From a virus (taxonomy: Duplodnaviria; Caudoviricetes), in IMG/VR virus record IMGVR_UViG_3300020707_000007, positions 1 through 49,049 of that record: DNA of 49,049 nucleotides. One strand, given 5' to 3'. The position numbers and the translations under genes are program-made. Positions 44,255 to 49,049 of the stretch are shown one piece after another (the first letter of the stretch is position 1; every line of letters starts with the position of its first letter). The notes beneath the pieces are model-generated. The model had not been told where the DNA came from, did no database searches, and saw nothing but the letters and a program-made list of their open reading frames with translations.

Positions 44255-45733
44255 TTATTGTCCTTTTGGTCGTCTAGCAAATTTACCAGTTGCAGGATTA
44301 ATGCCATATTCATATTTTTCTGGCTCATAAGAACCAAATGCTGTTGTTGCTTGACCTTTAATATCTGGAGCTTTAGATTCAGCAGGTTTTACTTCTTCTG
44401 ATTTCTTAATGTCCATTCCTTTGATTTCTTCAGGTTTAATACCATACCTAGATTGAAGTTTATCAAGGTCTCCTCTAGCCAATTCTCTATAAACAAATGG
44501 AGCAGATTCTGGAGTAAGTCCAGAAGATTTTAATACTTCAGCTTGACGATTCAATTCTGAAATTAATAATCTACCTCCTCCAGATGCTGCTAATGCTCTT
44601 TCATTAACAACGTCCAAAACTTTTTTGGCAATTGCTCTTGACCAGTTTATTTCATCTTGGGAAGCATTTTTTGCCTTCATAGACTTTTCAACATCGTTAA
44701 GAATCTTGGATTCATTAACAGCACCTTCTTCATCTTTTTCGTAACGAGAAGGTAAATATCTTTCAAATGAATTGATAATTTGCGCTGGAACACCAGTTGA
44801 TTGTGGGTGCTTTTCAACCAAATCAGCAAGTTCACTTGTTGCTCTAATAGATTGAACAGTTGATGAAACTTTTGGAATCTCTTTACCAGACAACCTTTTA
44901 ATCCTATCGTCTGGTAAAAATGCTCTTAAACCTTCAACCTGACCTTTAACGTCTGCATATTCTTTACCAACAATAGCACCTAAAATACCAGTCATTTCTT
45001 TTTCACGGGCATATTCTCTATTGCGTTGAAATTTTTGGTCTTCTTGTCTACGCAATTCTTCATTTTGTCTATCAATACGAGTTTGGATAGTTTCTGCAGT
45101 TTTTTGAGAAGCACGAGGCAATATTTCATCTTTTAAATCAGGAGACCATTTTTCAGGCAACCAAGAAGGTCTATTTTTAAGGCCAGCCCTTTCCATAGCC
45201 GCTTTAACTTTTGCATCATATTCTGCTTGGCTTTTAGCTAACGTAGCATTGTATACAAGAGCATCCGTTCCTTCTTGTTTAAAGGTGGCGGCTTTATTTT
45301 TAGCTTCCGTCATTGCGGCATCAGCACGACGAGCTTCTTCCATTGCTTTGCTTTGAGCGTTTACATCGCCAGTCAATCCAGCAATCTTTGCTCTTTGTTG
45401 AGCTTTATTAAACAGTTGTTGTTCTGTATTGGCTTTTTGCAAATATGTTGATGCTTGACCAGCAAGAGTTTCTTCACCATCTGCAGTTTTTAAATTAAAT
45501 TTACCGCCAAATGGGTCTACAGCCATTTGTCCTAATGCTTGTGGTTGTCCACCTACAGCACCAATACCACCAGCCATTGCTGGAAGGCCTTTAGCTTCAG
45601 CGGCTTGTTCTGCCTGAACTTCTTTTAATCCTTGTGATTGCAATTGATATTGTTGCGATGCAATATCTTCCTGCCTAAATGCTTGAGCAGGGCTTGTTTG
45701 CAATACATTAGCTAATTCTGAAAGACTTGCCAT
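44255..45733 (-). CDS. Internal virion/ejection protein (gp20 position), allele B
   Basis: First ~23 aa near-identical to 2042..3391, then diverges. Confidence 0.6.
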   Translation of the reverse strand: MASLSELANVLQTSPAQAFRQEDIASQQYQLQSQGLKEVQAEQAAEAKGLPAMAGGIGAVGGQPQALGQMAVDPFGGKFNLKTADGEETLAGQASTYLQKANTEQQLFNKAQQRAKIAGLTGDVNAQSKAMEEARRADAAMTEAKNKAATFKQEGTDALVYNATLAKSQAEYDAKVKAAMERAGLKNRPSWLPEKWSPDLKDEILPRASQKTAETIQTRIDRQNEELRRQEDQKFQRNREYAREKEMTGILGAIVGKEYADVKGQVEGLRAFLPDDRIKRLSGKEIPKVSSTVQSIRATSELADLVEKHPQSTGVPAQIINSFERYLPSRYEKDEEGAVNESKILNDVEKSMKAKNASQDEINWSRAIAKKVLDVVNERALAASGGGRLLISELNRQAEVLKSSGLTPESAPFVYRELARGDLDKLQSRYGIKPEEIKGMDIKKSEEVKPAESKAPDIKGQATTAFGSYEPEKYEYGINPATGKFARRPKGQ

Positions 45734-45734
45734 A

Positions 45735-46619
45735 TTAACTCACCGAAGGAGATGATTGATTGTATTGGGAATAGAGTGTTTGTAATGGGTTTAGTACGTT
45801 TGCTGCACCACCAGCTAACTGTTGTAATCCCAACGCACCTAGACCTGCTTGACCAAAGTTAATACCTTGTTGAGCTTGTGCTGCACCTGCAGGAGCTTGA
45901 TTAGCACCTGATAATGTGGCTAATAAGTTTTGTTGTTGTTGTAGGCTAGAAGTAGCATATTGTTGACCAAACTGTTGAGCTTGTAACAATCCACCACCTG
46001 ATACTAAACGACCCTGTGCAGCTTGTTGAGCCTGTTGAGCCTGTAAGCCTTGTTGAAGGTTAAACTGGTATCCAGGAGTGGAAGTAATGGTATTTGGGTT
46101 TGCCAGTAAGTTCTGTAACTGGGACGCTGCTTGTGAACGGTATGCTGCGTATGGGTCTGCTACACCTGGCTTAGTTTTTCCACCACCACCCAACAATGAT
46201 GCAGCTTGTCCTAATTGTCCAATACCGCCTATTAATTGAGCACCAGTCTTGGCGTATCCAGCCAAGTCGCCTAATGTAGTTCCTACTCCACCTTTAGCAA
46301 CAATGTTACCTGCAGCGTCAAGGATGTTTCCACCTTGAATAGAACCCATTGAACCATCAGCAAGTTGGAATGGGATAGATTCAGCGGCTGAGGCAGCACC
46401 TTCTAATTGAGCGGCAGTACCGCCAGCTTGTGCAATTTGCTCTGCAGTTAGTCCAGCTTGAAGTAATTGTTCTCCAGTTGCTCCTGCTGAAATAAGGTCT
46501 GTGGCTGAGGCACCTGCAGCTAAAGCCTCTTCAACAGTCATAGCACCTGATGCTACGGCTGCTGCTGCTTCGCCTCCTCCAAATATTGCCCCTCCAATTG
46601 CTGCGGTTGATTCTGCCAT
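45735..46619 (-). CDS. DNA pilot protein, allele B
   Basis: C-terminal part near-identical to 3393..4331; different N-terminus. Confidence 0.7.
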   Translation of the reverse strand: MAESTAAIGGAIFGGGEAAAAVASGAMTVEEALAAGASATDLISAGATGEQLLQAGLTAEQIAQAGGTAAQLEGAASAAESIPFQLADGSMGSIQGGNILDAAGNIVAKGGVGTTLGDLAGYAKTGAQLIGGIGQLGQAASLLGGGGKTKPGVADPYAAYRSQAASQLQNLLANPNTITSTPGYQFNLQQGLQAQQAQQAAQGRLVSGGGLLQAQQFGQQYATSSLQQQQNLLATLSGANQAPAGAAQAQQGINFGQAGLGALGLQQLAGGAANVLNPLQTLYSQYNQSSPSVS

Positions 46620-46623
46620 GATT

Positions 46624-47076
46624 CTATCCTATTAATTTACCAAACACACGTTCAGTCTGTTTGTATCCTAAACGCTCAAATATTGCACCAACATCTTGGT
46701 GTACCTTAGTATTCATTACTAAACGCTGAACACCATAGCTCTTTAGGATTTCCTCGTTCTTAATGAACAATTTTACCCCTGTTGAGCCTTTTCGATAATC
46801 TTTAGATATAAAAAATATATCATTTGTAGCTGTTAGACTATCTTTATAGTGCAAGTTGTAGTTAATAATGCAAATACAATAACCTATCAATTTACCGTCA
46901 TTTCTAGCGGTAATAATTTTCATTACCCCAGCATTGCACAGTTTTTCATACATTTCATAGTTTGGGTTAAGTTTGATAACCTCTTTATTTAAGGCTATCT
47001 CTTCCCAATGGTCTTCTAATAAAGGCTTAATTTCGTCAATTACTTGGCTATAAGTCTCTTCTTTATACTCAATCAT
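46624..47076 (-). CDS. GNAT-like protein, copy B
   Basis: Five substitutions versus 4336..4788. Confidence 0.8.
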   Translation of the reverse strand: MIEYKEETYSQVIDEIKPLLEDHWEEIALNKEVIKLNPNYEMYEKLCNAGVMKIITARNDGKLIGYCICIINYNLHYKDSLTATNDIFFISKDYRKGSTGVKLFIKNEEILKSYGVQRLVMNTKVHQDVGAIFERLGYKQTERVFGKLIG

Positions 47077-48644
47077 GAATCCCCCTTTTCGACATCCACT
47101 TCAAAATATTCGAGTCTCAAGGGTACATTATCTTGGTGAAGTAAGTCAAACGCTCTTCTACGGCCCTGCCCTAGTCTATGGACTTCGGATTTAGCGGTAT
47201 TAAGATTGACGTTCTGCCACGCAGAATAGGTTTGGTAATCATCACTGGTATAGCGTAACAGGGCATAAGAATCAATCTTATCGCCTACTACCTGAACGCT
47301 TCTCCAAAACTTACGTAGATTATCGCCACCATCTACTAATGGAGTACGAGCTAATACCGCAATTGGATTACCATCGTCTTGATAGGTATTTGGGTCAAAC
47401 TCATAGACTTTACCGTTAGTCTCATGTTGGAGTAAATCCATGTTTTGATACTTGGTGTAATACTGCCCTTTAAAGTAGCCTTCTACGTTGTTTTCAGTAG
47501 AAGTCCAATATGTCCAACCATTTTGAGCAAAGTCATATACTAGGGTATACCCTAAGTCTCTAAGGGTTAATACGTATAGTGAATGTCCTGAAGTCTTAAT
47601 GCTAAAGGCATAAGCAGATGCAGGATTACAGTTATTGATAATTCTTTCAATATATTGGTTAGAAATGACTTGTGCTGATTGACCAGCCATTGTCATTATT
47701 TGGAAGCCCTTTTGGTAGCTTGTAGACATCCAAACAAGGGTATTGTCCATTTGCACTACTGAAGACTTTGCTGCTACACCAAATTTGATTACTGAGTTTT
47801 GGTACGGTAAAAATGGACTACCAGGAGAGCTTCCTGCGTCATAAAAGAACTCAATATGGAATGAACCAAATGTAACAATGTAGTTAATTGTCCTACCAAT
47901 AGCCAATAATGGGTCGGCAGAGGACACTACACCAATGTAGTTAATTGCTTGCCAAGTTGTAGGGTCTTCTACGTTAGAGTTATAAAGTAACCCTTCAGGA
48001 GTCCCAACAACATAATACCCATCCACAAACACCGCACCTGGTACAGTAGTAGCAGGATAAGAGGTAGTAAAGGTAAGACTAACGGTTCCAGAAGCTGTAG
48101 CATTTTGACTTAAAGTTAAGGCAGTACCAAATATAGTTAAAACATAAGTGCCAAGGGGAACTCCTGTCCCTGTCACAATCTGTCCAACCTGAATTGCAGG
48201 ATTAGATGCAGATAATGTTACTACGGGGGTACCTGATACAGTAGTACCATTTTGCGTCGTAATGGTGCCTTGTAAATCTAAAATGGTGCTTGTTGCAATG
48301 GTATAGACATACCCATGATTGGCATTCTTAAAAAAGACTTGAGTTTGGTCTACCGAGTAAATAAAGTCGTATGACCCCGTGCCATCAACAGGGGTAGCAT
48401 TAGCCACTCCATTGTCATAGAAGGTAGTTCCAATAATAGTAAGTAAGTGAGTACCAGCGGCAAAGATACCAAGTCCTTCTCCTGCGGTTAGAGTCTGATA
48501 GGTTTTGAGTCCTGGGCGTTTAACGGCTGCAATAGACTCTTTTTTCTCTACTTCAATAATCGCATTGCCTAGCTTTGAATCCTTGTTTAAAGTTCCATCA
48601 CGACTACCAATGTTATGAGCGAGAGGTATACGGCTAATTGCCAT
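47073..48644 (-). CDS. Tail nozzle gp10-like protein, copy B
   Basis: Colinear homolog of 4785..6356. Confidence 0.8.
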   Translation of the reverse strand: MAISRIPLAHNIGSRDGTLNKDSKLGNAIIEVEKKESIAAVKRPGLKTYQTLTAGEGLGIFAAGTHLLTIIGTTFYDNGVANATPVDGTGSYDFIYSVDQTQVFFKNANHGYVYTIATSTILDLQGTITTQNGTTVSGTPVVTLSASNPAIQVGQIVTGTGVPLGTYVLTIFGTALTLSQNATASGTVSLTFTTSYPATTVPGAVFVDGYYVVGTPEGLLYNSNVEDPTTWQAINYIGVVSSADPLLAIGRTINYIVTFGSFHIEFFYDAGSSPGSPFLPYQNSVIKFGVAAKSSVVQMDNTLVWMSTSYQKGFQIMTMAGQSAQVISNQYIERIINNCNPASAYAFSIKTSGHSLYVLTLRDLGYTLVYDFAQNGWTYWTSTENNVEGYFKGQYYTKYQNMDLLQHETNGKVYEFDPNTYQDDGNPIAVLARTPLVDGGDNLRKFWRSVQVVGDKIDSYALLRYTSDDYQTYSAWQNVNLNTAKSEVHRLGQGRRRAFDLLHQDNVPLRLEYFEVDVEKGDS

Positions 48645-48646
48645 AA

Positions 48647-49049
48647 TTAACCCCTAAATCTATAATCAGGTTGGAAAGAAGTAGAAGCCTCTTCTTGGCT
48701 CCAATCAGTCATTACTTCTTCATACTTAGCAGCACGTTGAGCTAGTTCAGCACGTACTTGTGCAGGAACACCATACTCAAGAGCTAACTGGTCAGCCAAG
48801 CCAAACTTCAATGTATTGAACCATTCAGATGGAAACTGAGGGATTGAAGTAGGGGTTAGGATGTCTGAAATAGGTTGTTGTACTTGTAGGTGGATAGTCC
48901 ATCCTGCAGCATTTGGGTTATTAAATACATACAGTACGCCATTACCTAACTGTGGGTCGTAATAGACCTGATTAGGAGTGCCAGAAGAGGGTTTATAGCC
49001 CTGTTGCATATACTCTTGACGTGAGATGACCTGAAGGGTTGTATCGTTC
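48647..49049 (-). CDS. Head-tail adaptor, C-terminal part (5' truncated by window edge), copy B
   Basis: Matches C-terminal half of 6898..7593. Confidence 0.75.
   Translation of the reverse strand, partial: NDTTLQVISRQEYMQQGYKPSSGTPNQVYYDPQLGNGVLYVFNNPNAAGWTIHLQVQQPISDILTPTSIPQFPSEWFNTLKFGLADQLALEYGVPAQVRAELAQRAAKYEEVMTDWSQEEASTSFQPDYRFRG

Larger units (their letters stand above)
41923..49049. repeat. Diverged long direct repeat, copy B
   Basis: Homologous to 1-7300. Confidence 0.95.

Noticed and set aside
1-49049. Diversity-generating retroelement or invertase explaining the two allele sets
   Set aside because: No reverse transcriptase or site-specific recombinase; differences are not adenine-specific and the repeats are direct

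Overview
The window holds essentially one complete ~41.9 kb podovirus-type (P22-like virion module) dsDNA phage genome, circularly permuted, with a ~7.2 kb overlap: 1-7300 recurs at 41923-49049. The two copies are diverged alleles, not identical repeats. They differ by scattered SNPs, a swapped cassette of DNA-ejection proteins, and an HNH homing endonuclease present in only one copy. Minus strand: virion, packaging, replication (primase-polymerase, SF2 helicase), two glycosyltransferases, holin/spanins, and a PurD-like ATP-grasp ligase inside the virion operon. Plus strand: small early genes, recombination genes (SSB, Cas4-like exonuclease), Ntn peptidase, phosphoesterase and a GH108 endolysin. 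I see no integrase, CI repressor, DNA polymerase, RNA polymerase, tRNA or CRISPR. A CTGT-N8-ACAG SOS box and IHF/Fis-like sites suggest a beta/gammaproteobacterial host (inference). The most unusual signals are non-coding: a C4-like antisense RNA followed by a ~215 nt multi-stem RNA and a dense array of unrelated palindromes (30.4-31.1 kb), a C-loop anti-Shine-Dalgarno sRNA candidate (37.0 kb), and two further structured intergenic elements. All product calls come from motif recognition by eye; no database search was run.
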